Shown here one piece after another: positions 38,744 to 50,799 of a stretch of 64,000 nt of DNA. The translations under genes and the position numbers were made by a program. The notes beneath the pieces were generated by a model. That model saw only the letters and a list, made by a program, of their open reading frames with translations, made no database searches and was not told where the DNA came from. Each line of letters opens with the position of its first letter. Position 1 is the stretch's first letter. This DNA is from Neoechinorhynchus agilis (Eukaryota > Animalia > Acanthocephala), in assembly GCA_051530055.1 (NCBI GenBank), contig CM121341.1, positions 14,176,784 through 14,240,783 on the forward strand. Direction: 5' to 3'.

Positions 38744-39729
38744 TTTAATAAAATCTATTTTCCAGTCGGATTGTCTATCAAACAATCATCACTAGATAAC
38801 CAGCGAGAATTGGCAACGGGTACACATCGATTTCGCGGAACCATGTGATGGAATTACATATTTAGTTTTGGTCGACGCTTTGTCCAAATGGCCCGAAATA
38901 ATTCTGATGCGATCGACCAGTGCAAATAGGGTAGTTCGAGTGCTTAGGGAAATCTTTGCACGGTTTGGAATATCGCAAGAAGTTATCAGTGATAATGGGC
39001 CACCAATCACTTCGACCGAATTGAAGAATTTCCTGAAAGCAAAGGGAGTGAGACAAGGACGAATCACGCCCTACCATCCAAAATCAAATGGCTTAGCGGA
39101 GCGGATGGTGAGGACGTTCAAAGAGCGAGTCATTAAGGGAACTGCGATTGGAGACCGGTCACTGCGACTTCAACAGTTTCTGATGAGTTACAGAAACACA
39201 TCCATACCTCGACAGAAAAATCGCCGGCTCAAATGATGTTTGGACATCGATTGGCCTCAGTGTTAGATAGGATTCGCCCGACCAGTCAGTCAACAGCTCA
39301 ACGAGCACACCTGAAGCAAAAAGAACGACTCGATCGGAGAGCGAAGCCACGGGAATTCCGAACGGGAGACAACGTGCGGTTCCGCAGAAAAAAAGGCGAA
39401 TCACGGAAGGAAGGAGAAGTGACGAGCAGGCAATCGTGGGCACTAATACGGATGGAGATGTCAGAGTGCACGCCGATCAAATGAAACCCAGGATAGGCCC
39501 AGCAGACGAAAACGAAGAGACGCCGCAGAGGGAATTAACAGAAGCCGAAGTGCCACCGATAAAAGTGGAAGGCGAGCAGGAGGAATGGACAGAAATACTA
39601 TCGTTTTAAGCCAGTTTTATATTTTATAATGTTGGAAAATAATTTTTTAATATTTTGCAGCGCTCAAAGCAGTATCTTGTATATTGAAGCTTCCTTATTT
39701 AGCGATATCTTTCGCGAGGAACGTTTCTT

Positions 39730-40100
39730 TCTAATGTTTTCCTAAACGACCTTAAACCTCTTTCCTCTCACTCTAAATTTTTTATATGCCGACGATCTCA
39801 CCACCTCTAAACCGGAAATGAGTCCAGGACATTACAGTTTCTCTCGAACGCAATACCCCCTTCAAACGCATTCGCCATTTAGGGTTCCTCGCATCTTCCT
39901 CTACCTACGCTCCTTTTTTCATGCTTCGCAATCTTCTCGAATGTCATAACCTGAAGTGAACCTGAGGATAGACGAACCTCACAAGCTATGCTGCAAACAA
40001 TAACCTCCAATCTCCATAAGAATGGGCATACCCACACAAGATATTCCCACCCGAACAGACCTCCCCCTACCTCACAAAATCCGCATTCCATAGATTCAAT
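39730..40100 (+). mobile_element. CR1/L2-like RT fragment
   Basis: FLNDLKPLSSHSK..LYADDLT-like sequence similar to 35485-35545. Confidence 0.6.
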
Positions 40101-40189
40101 TCAGTATTGTTTATCGCTCAAATAACGATTACCCTATCTTCATCAAAAAATGCCACAAAGAGGACCTAAAGGTACATGTGTCCAATTAT

Positions 40190-40565
40190 CTAACAAATAA
40201 ACATGTTATTATAAAGTCGGACTGGAGAGTGCGCGACGGGACTGACTTCGAGTGAGAATACTGTTGGAGCCAAAGGATCCCCTTGTTGAACTCTTCTTTC
40301 CGACCATAAAACGTGGTAGTTGAACAACGAGGGAGTTGAAGTCCCACAGGCATTAAAGAAGTAGCGAAATGCTTCTGATGCGTGATCTATAACTAATTCG
40401 AGCAAACCTGCTCGGTGAACTGTGTTGAATGCATTGTTGAAATCACATTTCAAGATCACGCATGGCTTTGAGTTTCCGGTGATAAGCGTACGGAGTAAAT
40501 GAATGATCGCCTCTGCGCCACATGGTGTACAGCAGTCTAACTGTGCCGGGCGAAGCAGCATCCGT
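40190..40565 (-). mobile_element. CRE-like non-LTR RT fragment
   Basis: LRPAQL.C.TPCGAEAIIH...LKCDFNNAFNTVHR...VQQGDPLAP, similar to 43923-44294. Confidence 0.8.
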
Positions 40566-40921
40566 CTAAGTTATCCAGAGCGGCAGTTCGATAGAATTTT
40601 CTCTTTTCGACACATAGAAGTCAGTCTTGTTGAACCCGATTGAGTTTGGTACGGTTTGCATAATTTAAAATTGCTGATGTAGTATCGCCACATCGTAAGG
40701 CGTACTTATGTTCACGGAGACTGTTTTGAAGAGCTCATTGTTTCACCTACGTAGCCGTTCCGCAATCGTTGCAGGGGATTTGGTATACTAAGCTAGAACT
40801 AGTTTTTAACTGTGATTTTAGTATAAAGATACCCGTGATAGTCAGGGTTCTCTTGTGATATAGGCGAATGGGATATTTCGAATTTCCAAGTGTCCTGCTG
40901 CAAAAAATGAAACTTCGTTAT

Positions 40922-41464
40922 CTATTCTTCAAACTCATCTTTAAATCGGTCCATCCTTTCAACTAACTTTAATCGAACTGCTTTCATTTGATCAGTAGCA
41001 AGCCAGGCATCTCTAATAGAATGCAGTCCCAGAGGAATTCGTCCCTCTGAAACTTCTTTCCGAGTTTGTTCTTCGTCATGTTCAGTAATCACAACATCCA
41101 TTTCGTCCGGATTTCGTTTTCCTTGTCGTAAATTGCTCATCTTAATCGGTGCCATCTTTGCTTCCGTTCTTGGATCAATGATCCAAACATGGTAGAACCA
41201 GATAATGTCACCGATCTTTCGTAGAGGCAGAAATTCTACCTGAATCTTATGAAAGGACGTGCCGTAAATAGCATAGCCTTTGGTGAAGGCGTTTGCTTCG
41301 TCAACAGAAAATGCACAAGGTTGAGATGCTCGGTCGTGTGCACAATAGCCATTTTCTAGCTCAACAAGTTCAGAATCGTCATCTTCTGCAAAATGTGACT
41401 CATTATAATCCAGGATCTGAGATTGAAATTCTTCCCCGATTCGAATAGATTGCGGTTCGCGCAT
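40922..41464 (-). CDS. ELM2-SANT domain protein (MTA/MIER/RERE-like co-repressor module)
   Basis: IRIGEEFQSQI (ELM2 start) and FSVDEANAFTKGYAIYGTSFHKIQVEFLPLRKIGDIIWFYHVW (SANT). Confidence 0.75.
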   Translation of the reverse strand: MREPQSIRIGEEFQSQILDYNESHFAEDDDSELVELENGYCAHDRASQPCAFSVDEANAFTKGYAIYGTSFHKIQVEFLPLRKIGDIIWFYHVWIIDPRTEAKMAPIKMSNLRQGKRNPDEMDVVITEHDEEQTRKEVSEGRIPLGLHSIRDAWLATDQMKAVRLKLVERMDRFKDEFEE

Positions 41465-41514
41465 GATTTAATCTATAATGGATTTGTATATTATCTTCGG
41501 GGGAAATGATGCTT

Positions 41515-41720
41515 TCTTTTGGTAGTTATACCGGATTTAAATTGACGAATTTATTACCAATATTTCACGTCGGATAATCCCGACATTACCAAGGTTTGAC
41601 TCACGCAGTAAATAACTTATAAACAATGACAAACCTTAATATAATGTCGGAATTAGGCGACGCGAAATATCGGCAATAAATTAGTCAATTTAAATCCGGA
41701 GTGTTATAACTACCAAAAGA
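41515..41720. repeat. Foldback family C hairpin (~90-bp imperfect arms)
   Basis: ttttggtagttata-ccggatttaaattgac...ccgacatt..aaggttt is inverted relative to aaacctt..aatgtcgg...gtcaatttaaatccgg..tataactaccaaaag. The same arms occur at 49539 and 51559. Confidence 0.85.
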
Positions 41721-42837
41721 AATTATAATAGGTATCTTTTAAACTAAAATTGAGATAATTATTATCTTTTCAATGATTTTGAAACATTGTACACATGAAT
41801 GCTATCTTAACGTAATAAGAAAATTCAGAACAAATTCCAATCATAATCCCTTAGATCGGAGGATGCGACGTCGAAATACTAACACTAATTGAGGTTATCC
41901 TCAATTTCTCAGCAACGTAGAATGGTACTGTTAATAGCGGATCGAAATTTGTCGAGTAAAAATATGCGGTGGTGGGAAAAATTATATCAAAGAATGAATT
42001 ATATTGAAACATTTCGTCTAATCGCACTGGGCTTCTTCAGTCAGGTATCTAAAAAGGAATTCGGCAACTTCATTACTCATGGAATTTATCTTCAACGAGT
42101 AAAAATAGACATATTATGTCAAGGAACAACGATTCGGGGAAAAACGAATGGAATGGAGATAATCACTACTACAAAAGTGCAAGCAGATTTTCTATGATGG
42201 TTGTGTGAAATTTTCGATCAGGTTTTTATATTAATGTTGCCAAATGTAGAGAAAAATAGACAAAATGCAGAGAAATTGAAGGCTGAGATATAAGCTATTT
42301 CTAAAGAGCGCCGTGCTCAATTGCTAAGTAGTTCAAAAAATAAATCCAGGTTTTAATACCATAAGTTTAGAACAACTTAAAAGAAGATTTTCAAACGTCA
42401 TTGTGTCAAATGGCAACGAAATTTTCAATTAGATGCGCTAGAGCAACTCCAAGTACTTCGTTTTAACTTTCTTGAAGACAAATCAATTTAGACAGCTTAA
42501 TCGTACATGGTTCATAATATAGTATTCGAATTCTCAAAATGGTCTCGAATTTCATCTATAATCATGCCAAAGATAGTTTACGGAAAAATCTTAAACAAGA
42601 GTTAGTTAAAAATCGTCTACACACAAGTCGGTTGGGACTTTGAAGACCAATGCAAAAGGAGCTCTGGTAAAAGTCCTTAACGGTGATACAAAAAGACTGG
42701 GACTGACGACCGCAACAACCGTCAATTCTCATATCATCGCCTAGTTTTACCATGGAGACCTCAGTAAAAATCGTGGGGGACTTAGAGACCTCATCCTCTG
42801 TTATTTTATGAATGGAAAGCAATATAATAAACAAAGT

Positions 42838-45540
42838 GAGGTATTTCGCCGTTTTCCGCCCTTCCGCAGCGCTCGCTGCACCTTCAGCTTGAACCACCGA
42901 GAACTTGAGATTGCTGGCCGCGAGTGTATCGACATAAGTGGCGTCCCAGAGGAGGCATTTACCCTCCCGCCACGGAAATGCGGTCACCCCATCAGGTCTA
43001 CGCCCGTCGTCAAGTGCCCGGCTCAGCACCATGTTAATTTCGGCATGTCTTGCGAATCTGCCGGCTGATTTTCTACAGATGAGACCATGACGTCACGACG
43101 AATCCACATTTGCACCGCAGCGGCAACGGTGGGGATGACTCAACCAGCGGGACCGAGTTCAACCAAGCATCTGATTCTCTAGTGGAGACTGACAACAACC
43201 TGGCACGGACAACGTCGTCGCATGAGTCTGATAAGAGAGAGCTTTGAACTCTTGCGAAAAATGCCTGTCAAGACGATACGTATCTTTCAAAATGCGCTGA
43301 ACTGCGCTTCTGCTTCAATCATGGGAGCCTAAAAATGCGGGCAGAGATATGTCTGATGTTTTCCGGATGCCGAACCCCCCAGAAGATACAAGCAAGGATG
43401 CTTGTCGCCATGCCTCTTCTGACAGCTGGACATTTAAAACTTGCTCGAGACAGTCCTTCAATCTGTCATCTCGCTTTACAAGCTGAACCTTGTGCTTGAA
43501 AAACCGCGCAGTGCGTAGAGCATAAAGGAAGTTGGGGATGAAGAGGGTGTTCTTTATTAAGAACAGAGCCTCGTGTGATCCAAGCTCACAGACCCTATCG
43601 CAAAGCACCGATAATTTCTTTAGAAGGCTGTTAATTTCGTTTTCTACATTCCCACCAAAGACGCAACTGTCCAACAAGGTCGCTCATTTCTATCCCGGGT
43701 GCAACATTTTCAAAGTCGCGCTTTATTACGTCTTTTGCAGGGCCCCTCTCTATGTTACAAAATAGAATTCCGCATTTTTCTGTGCTCAATTCAATGTCCA
43801 GCTTGCTTGCCCCATCTTGATTTTCTCCAGGTCACGGAGAACTACTTAGGGATCGCCTCCCAGCGCAGCATCGTCCAGGTACCAGACATTGAATTCCGCA
43901 TCAAGAGAATGCGCTCATTCGTTCACTGTGAGCGCCAACCAATGGGACCTAATGGGTCTCCCTGTTGAACGCCACTTTCGGATGGAATGATGTGATCGCT
44001 GAATACAATAAAGGTTGCAGCTCCGCACGAATTTCCAAAATACCCGTAAGCCTCCGCTGCGTGATCTTTGACAGTTTTTAAGAGCGAGTCGCGATTAGCG
44101 GAATTGAGGGCGTTTCGGAAATCTAATTTTAGGATCACACACGGTTTGACGTTCTCAATATCAGATGTACGGAGTGCGTGTACTATGGCTTCCGACCTGC
44201 AAGGTGTGCAGCAATCTAGTTGAACTGGACGAAGAATTTCAGCAACACCCTCTGAGACTCGCCTAGAAATCACTTTCCCTGCTAGTCGTGTCAATGTAGA
44301 GCCAATCGTGATGGGACGAATCTCACCGTCCTTCTATTCTAAAGCGCAGGGGGAAGCGCCAAAAAACAATTCGATCGCTTTGGGGGACAGGTTGTCTCCA
44401 GAGAAAACGCCGACTAACCGAGTCAAGGCGTACGGAGAAGGACATCATGTCCTTTAGGTGCTGAGGCCGAAGCCCACCGAACCCATGTGTTGACCCATTT
44501 GCGAACTAAGAAACGGCAGTCTTAACAACATCAACCGAAAATTCTAACGGGGTGCACGAGAGGATCATCTCCGAATATTCTAGATAACCAGTGGGTCGAG
44601 GATGTTTCTCTCTGAGAAGTTGGAGAATTTTCGTATAATCCCTTGCGAATTCGTTGGTGGATGATATAATGGGAACCGCGCCTCTCACATCACCATCGGC
44701 GAGTTTAGAAGACACTCTCTGGGCTATTGAACGGGTTGAAACTAGGCTCGGATTCGGTTGCTTTGAAAAATCTCTCCCAAAAACGCGAGCTTTGCGTACG
44801 ACCTCTCCAAACGGATTGTCGAAGGAGGACACACGGTTTTTGATGAGGGTAACAAGGGGGTACCAGTCTCGGGAATGCGAAAAGGCGTGCCTAAGATATT
44901 TCGGTATTTGTCTCGAGACAGTCGCTCAGCAGGGCTGAATACCTCTTCGCTACCTGAAATCGAGCGCCCTTCGGGATCCGCTTCAGGATGTTTCTGGGCA
45001 AAACGCGCACGATCTCCAGCAACGAAGGGGTGCAATGGACGATGTTTTGGATGTTGACGAGGTTCATTGAGCTGAGGAGCAGAGTTTGCTAGCAAAAGGC
45101 CGGAACAAACACATCGGGAATCCCTTGGGCCGTGAGTCCAAAATTCTCCAGTTTCGTAATTTTGATCTGCTTGTCACATACTGTGCAATTATGTGTTAAG
45201 ACCTTCGGATATCGGACAGCATTGACCTCACCTCCCAGAACACTTTAAAATTTCCGTTTGCCGCTTGCTCTCTACAGGTTGTTCTAACCAAAGTTGATTT
45301 TGTGAATTTGCAGCGTTGGTCCTCTCGTGATCCACGTGCGTCAGCAGATGGCGCGCTGAAGGCGCCTGCATCAGCAGCGTCGGGGCGTGGGCGGCACGAC
45401 ATGCGGCGAATTGTGGTTCGCTAAGATGGTTAAGTCCAGAGTGGAGCGAGGGAACGGCGGTGGAATCGTTGACATGCCGATTGCTTGTAAGTTTTTTGCC
45501 TGTATTGCTTGTAAGTTTTTGTTTGTAAGCTCAAATATGT
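42838..45540 (-). mobile_element. CRE-like non-LTR retrotransposon (RT + CCHC + restriction-like endonuclease), degenerate, lacking its 3' end
   Basis: LADGDVRGAV, TRLAGKVI, LDFRNALNS, QQGDPLGP, HRCRCG...H.LIC and [26 protein letters not shown]. Confidence 0.85.
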
Positions 45541-45569
45541 CGGTTTAATCCGTTTTCTTTAGCGCCCAA

Positions 45570-45800
45570 TCATCGCGTGCTTCCAGCGCTGCGGAAGGAC
45601 GAAAAACGGCGAAATACCTCGATTTAGCCCGGACACATGTGTTTGTGCCTTTTGGGGTTGAGACCCACGGTTCTCTTGGTAGCGAGGCTCTTCAACTCCT
45701 GAGGGATCTGAAGCGACACCTTCATGTTATAACAGGTGATGCAAGGTCACGCCGTATTGAGAGACAACGCTACAAGCATTCGGGCGACAGTTGAGGACGA
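45570..45800 (+). mobile_element. CRE-like element 3' end in the opposite orientation
   Basis: [42 protein letters not shown] continues the RLE domain that is cut off at 42838. Confidence 0.78.
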
Positions 45801-46160
45801 GGACGGCGAATAATTATGTTTATATCTTCAAACAATAAATTGGTGAAATTCTGCAAAAAATAAAATTAAATTGATGGCCCACTCAAGAATACACAAATGA
45901 AGACCCTTACGAATCCAAGGAGGCCAATGACGACGTGACACACCAGGGAAGAATGGTTAAATAAGAAATTCTTCCTTCATGGATTTCCAAAATGGTTCGT
46001 GGACACTAAATGATTAAATGAAGAATTCCTGACGGACTGGTGAGTTTCGTCTCCATGAATGGTAGGCTGCTCAAAACGAAACACATTTTGTATGAAAAAC
46101 GATATAATAGCGGATCCCAGCCAATACAATTGCTTCTTCTTAAATTTTAATACTCTCTCC

Positions 46161-46862
46161 TTAAGTGTTTGTGATTGAAAGAATAGCTTCAATTATATCT
46201 TTGTGTTTCTTTAAAGCTTTAATAGCTTGATTTCGCGAACAATGTCCTTGGTTCATCACTACAGCGATGTCAGATTCATCAACGTCACCCTTGTCAATTT
46301 CTATCTGGTCGTCATCGTCATCATCATCGGACTCCTCTTCCATAGGCTGTCCAGGAGTCGAAGTTTCTAGTTTAACGTCTTCCTTCTCGTCGTCTTGTCC
46401 ACCTCCGGGAGTTTCAGCCTGCAACCGAGTTTTTTGCTGTTGCATAGCTGCAGCCATTTTCAATTGTTCTGCAGCCTTGAACGCCTGTTGCTGTCCGAGA
46501 TCTTCAATCTTCGCTTCACCAAATATAACATAATTATCACCGGCACCTTTGAACACTTCTGGATTAGAAATCACGAACAGAAGATTCTTCGATTTACGCA
46601 TTGTAACTCGGCCTATACCAGGTACTGGTTTCAAGCCTAATTTGCTGAATATCTTTCTGGCCTTCTTCTCATTTCTTGAGAACTTTTGTTCGGATGATTT
46701 GTCACCCGCAACAACACCTTGTCCCAACTCCAAGTCTTGCTTAGACTTTGTTGAATCCTTTACGTCATCGTCACGAGAAGACGACGATGAATCTGACGCA
46801 GAGTCAAGTTCAACGTTAGCTGAACGATCCTCCTCCAAAGTCGATTTCGTCGCTGCCGACAT
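46161..46862 (-). CDS. NACA: Nascent polypeptide-associated complex alpha subunit
   Basis: [44 protein letters not shown]...[11 protein letters not shown] and a C-terminal UBA ([19 protein letters not shown]). Confidence 0.95.
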   Translation of the reverse strand: MSAATKSTLEEDRSANVELDSASDSSSSSRDDDVKDSTKSKQDLELGQGVVAGDKSSEQKFSRNEKKARKIFSKLGLKPVPGIGRVTMRKSKNLLFVISNPEVFKGAGDNYVIFGEAKIEDLGQQQAFKAAEQLKMAAAMQQQKTRLQAETPGGGQDDEKEDVKLETSTPGQPMEEESDDDDDDDQIEIDKGDVDESDIAVVMNQGHCSRNQAIKALKKHKDIIEAILSITNT

Positions 46863-47339
46863 TGTTTTAAATGGGAACCGAGAATGTGTGCAATAAGAGC
46901 GAGCACGAAAACGCGTAAGTCTGCCCCATGTTGATGTGATCTGAAAGAATTTAAAATACTGTGACGCAAATTGGTGAGCAATCATTGGAATTAGATACGT
47001 CTGGTCAAAAAATAATCCCGGCCATAACATATTTGTCGATAAGTATTGGATTATTTTTTACCATACGCGGCTGTGCGGCTGAGCCACTCATAATAATACT
47101 ATAAAACATATTTTGCTTCCAATGAATCAAATATGTTATGACATATGGATTATTTTCACCAAAAGTATAGTTAAAGATAAAATCCATGAGTATGTGAAGG
47201 TGGGGAAAATTATATATGTAAGAATCGCTTTAATTGAAATATTTCGTCCAATCACGTTGGGCTTCTTTAGTCAATTATCTAAAAATTGATTTAGCAACCT
47301 CATTGTCTTATCAGAAGGTATCCTCAACTTTAGGGAATA

Positions 47340-49200
47340 ATCTATATTGTTTCCCTCGAAAATATTGGTTCTCTGAATGAACATGGCCTCGATAATAACA
47401 CGCTCAACCTTGTGGTCATTGCGTACCAACAAATATCCGTCGTTAATATCGGGCCCGTATTCAGAGAGTGGGAAACCACAGGGGAGTTCGTGTCATGTTT
47501 CCTCAGTGAATAGCGATGTTCCCTTATCCTCCTCCCAAAGTTATTTGTCTGGCCAATATAGTAGCGATCACAATCCGAGCAAGGTATTTTATATACCGCA
47601 CCACTTGGGCTGTCACGAATGCTCGGACAGATCAGGTCATGAAGATTCTTCCTTCGTTTGGAATAGACGAGCGTACGTTTGCTCTGGTGGCCTGCCCATA
47701 GGACCCTGGATAAATTCTGATAGGAGGAATCGTCAATAAACGGCAACTCAAGAAACACACGATCCTTATTTGATGTCACGACTGTCGGCCTCCCAAACCT
47801 AGCGCTCCTGATCACCTTCCTATGCAGATTCAACGGATAACCCATCCGTTCTGATAAATCCATGATAAAATCCAGTTCATGTTTGAGGTCAGTACTCGAG
47901 CTGCAATAAGCAAAAGCTCGTTGTACCAATGATCTAACCCTGGAGATCTTATATTCTCGTGGTTGAGAGGAAATCCATGGTACCATGTCATGTGGAATAT
48001 TGATTTTCCGATAAACCTTAGTCATATATTCATCTCCACCAACACGATCTATCGCAACATCAAGGTAACTGAATTTACCGTCAGTCTCAACATCCGTCGA
48101 CCATTGAATGTGTGTATCTTTAGTGTTGAGGTAGTTCTGCACGTGCATGGAGGCATAGGCAGAACATTCAAGGAGAATAAATGTGTCGTCCACATATCGG
48201 ACCCATAATGAGATTCCAGGAATTGTGGGTAGGTATTTATCTTCCCACTGGCGCATGTATAACTCCGCAAGCACCGGTGCAAGAGGGCTGTCCATCGCTA
48301 CACCATTCACCTGATCAAAATCCATTCCCTCAAATTGGAAGTTCGAAATTTTGGTGCAAAAACTCAAGAGTTAATCAGTGATCGAAAGCTTCCAATTATC
48401 ACAGGCCCGTAGGATAGGTATAGCCAGTTCAATAGCAGTATCTACTGGAAAATTTGTGAATAATGAAATCACATCAGCCGATACCATGATAGAACGCGAG
48501 TCCCACAACGTCTTAAGTCGACCAATGAAATCCTTTTCGGAGCATACTACATTTGCACTCCGTTCCATTCTCTGACGAAGCATCAGAGCCAGTTTCCTAG
48601 ACAAACTTGTGCAAAATGATGTATGAGCCGCAGCTATTGGTCTGAACTTAATCGGACATTTGTGTACCTTGGCCAACAGGTACATTATCGGTGTCCTAGA
48701 GTTCACGGACCTAACTGCCCAGTAGTCAGCACTCTCAATTTTATTTTGCTTCATCAGCTTCAGTAGGAATGCATTGAATTCCTTTTCCCGTTTTTGAGTA
48801 GGACAAACCTTAAGACGCTCGAACTCACTTGCCGTTAATATCTTGAAACCAGCCTCTTGATACTGTTCACGATTAGTAACGCAATATCCATACCCTTTAT
48901 CAATCTTCACCGGTACAATGTCATGGATTCCCTTTAACAATTCTATGCCTCTCTGCATTCTCCTTGATATGTTGGAATATAATGATCCATTGTGTACCAG
49001 CTAATCGTAATAGCGTTCCATCATCCAGAGGGGTATACTCAAGTTCTCTTTTACAGCTCTGGTTGCTAAGCCCTCCAGCTTTGGAGCAGTATACGGAACA
49101 AAGTCGGGCTTGTCCTGGAGGATTTTCTCTGTCGATGATTGAGATTATAATTGGAAGGCCGCAGATTTCGAATTAGACAACTGTGAGATACCGTTGATTT
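47340..49200 (-). mobile_element. Penelope-like element (Poseidon/Penelope-type), near full length, frameshifted
   Basis: PDFVPY, IVPVKIDKGYG, GVAMDSPLAPVLAELYM, WVRYVDDTF, GAVYKIPCSDCDRYYIGQT...RIREH. Confidence 0.92.
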
Positions 49201-49635
49201 CAGTTTCAAATAGGGGATCCTGGATGACTCAATAGCATTTTATTGAATTCGCGATGGAATTTAACGAAATTTCATTGTTTCTAAACAAAAAAGTGAGAGC
49301 GCAATTCTGATCTTTGCAGAATCATGGCGGTTTTATTCTAGTATCTCAAGATGGCTTGAAGAATTAAGTTACAAAAGAAAATTGTCATTCTTCACATCGT
49401 AAATAAGCTTATTTTCAGAAAACTCATTTCTTAAAGATTGTTTCTAGAAAGGCCGATGTTCTTTTAAAACTCTTTAATAATGGGGTGCTTAAAATTTAAA
49501 GTGTGATCATAATCAACCGTATACTCAAAAAATTACCCCCGGATTTAAATTCATAGATTTATTGCCGATATTTCGTCGTGTAATTCCGATATTATCAAGG
49601 TTTATCATCTAAAATACTAACACACAAGTATATTT

Positions 49636-49714
49636 TTGGTGAAAATAATACCGGTCATAACATATTTGATTTATTTGAAATATTTCGCGAGGTAGCCTTG
49701 CCTCCTCAGTCATC
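49636..49714 (-). repeat. Solo copy of the hammerhead repeat, minus strand
   Basis: gatgaCTGAGGAG gcaag gctac ctcgc GAAATATTtcaaataaatcaaatatgttatgaccgg matches 54373-54445. Confidence 0.75.
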
Positions 49715-49993
49715 AAAAAAGTGGGTTTTACACATTAAGGTTTTATGCTCGAATGCGCGGGATCGCCAAAGCCGAAGTACGTGGAACATGAATCCGCTCG
49801 AATCCCCTTACGTTTTTCCCATTAATTTTTTGTATCGGTTTTCAACACGTCGCTGGCTGGAGGTTTCAAGCTAAAATTAGCTTTATTTCCTTCCATTGTG
49901 TTAGACACAGCAACGTGCAGAGCCTCCAAAACAAGACGCCTTTTTAAGTTTTGCTTCTTTTTCTAGAAAGTTCGTGTCGCCAAAATCCGTGCG

Positions 49994-50750
49994 ATGCTTA
50001 AAGATCTCTTAATGATTGAAAATGGCAGAGTGCTCGAATCGGCTGCAAGCGTGCTTGTGTTGAGCGATCCTATTCCTAATGCCCTGCATCACTTCTCCGA
50101 TGTAGACTTTGTCACACTGATCACAGTGCATTCTATAGATCCTATGAGTCGGCTCAGTATTAACCTTCCTCTTGAATGTGCTTCTGAGAGCGATTCCTTT
50201 AGTATTACAGCGACGAATTCCAACCTTCTTTTTCATAATGAAGTAGATCATTTGATTTGTGTCGTCATCATCAATGATATGCACTCTTTCGAAGCATACA
50301 GGCTCTGCAGAAGATTTGTTGTTGTTATGCGGATTGATGACGCGGTCTATAATACATTAGGGATATCCCCTCATTTCCAGCTCCTGTACCATCCTCTCCC
50401 TTTCCTAATCCATGCAAATCGAGTAGATGAGATAAGAGAAGCTTTTCGGAAGTAGGAAGTGACAGCCGAGATTTTATGCCTAATCGGTTAGTGACTTGAC
50501 CAGTGTGGTGGTCCCCATGAAAGTAAGGTGCTAACGTTGCCTTGTGACGAACGCTTGACAAGGACGTCCAGGAAAGAGACATCACCGTCGATCTTCTCTT
50601 TATTGACTGTCCACTGTATGTGTGGATCTTGAATGTTCAGTTCAGCATTTAGCGAGTCTTTGTTGTTGTTTGAATCAGTTAGAATGAATCCGTCATCCTC
50701 CTCCAGATCCGTCATCCTCCTCCGGATCCGTCATCAACTCTAAAGTGATC
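49994..50750 (-). mobile_element. Penelope-like RT C-terminus and GIY-YIG fragment
   Basis: DDGFIL...DPHIQWTV.KE..G.VSFLDVLV and IYRMHCDQCDKVYIGE...RIAQH. Confidence 0.82.
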
Positions 50751-50799
50751 ACGAGGACCCAGAGGTACATGGGTCCTCTTCTTAAACAGAATAAAACGT

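Larger units (their letters stand above)
36955..38813 (-). mobile_element. 5'-truncated Neptune-like Penelope element with inverted pLTR and 14-bp TSD
   Basis: RT (YVDD) and GIY-YIG ORFs with one frameshift at ~38130. 38516-38799 is an inverted copy of ~37006-37278. CCAGCGAGAATTGG at 36955-36968 and 38800-38813. Confidence 0.95.
35600..39590 (+). mobile_element. Gypsy (Mag-like) pol remnant: RT end, RNase H and integrase, interrupted by a PLE; no LTR seen
   Basis: YLDDIVITG, LRTFLGGVNF, TDHKPL-like, LHNFHPGMVAMKSMARYYVWWP, VDALSKWPE, ISDNGP, PYHPKSNGLAERMV. Confidence 0.9.

Noticed and set aside
42655-42760. ~105-bp sequence repeated at ~60818-60935
   Set aside because: Real similarity, but no termini, ORF or structure recognised; treated as an anonymous repeat fragment.
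47285-47320. Possible hammerhead relic at the 3' end of the 47-49 kb PLE (minus strand ctgataagac...)
   Set aside because: No GAAA and no convincing stem II.
49750-49810. tRNA-like stretch ending in CTCGAATCCCC
   Set aside because: Could not be folded into acceptor, D and anticodon arms.
49994-50455. 153-aa plus-strand ORF and similar ORFs (10604-11101, 33927-34427, 27360-27851, 4415-4810)
   Set aside because: These are antisense shadows of recognised coding regions on the opposite strand.
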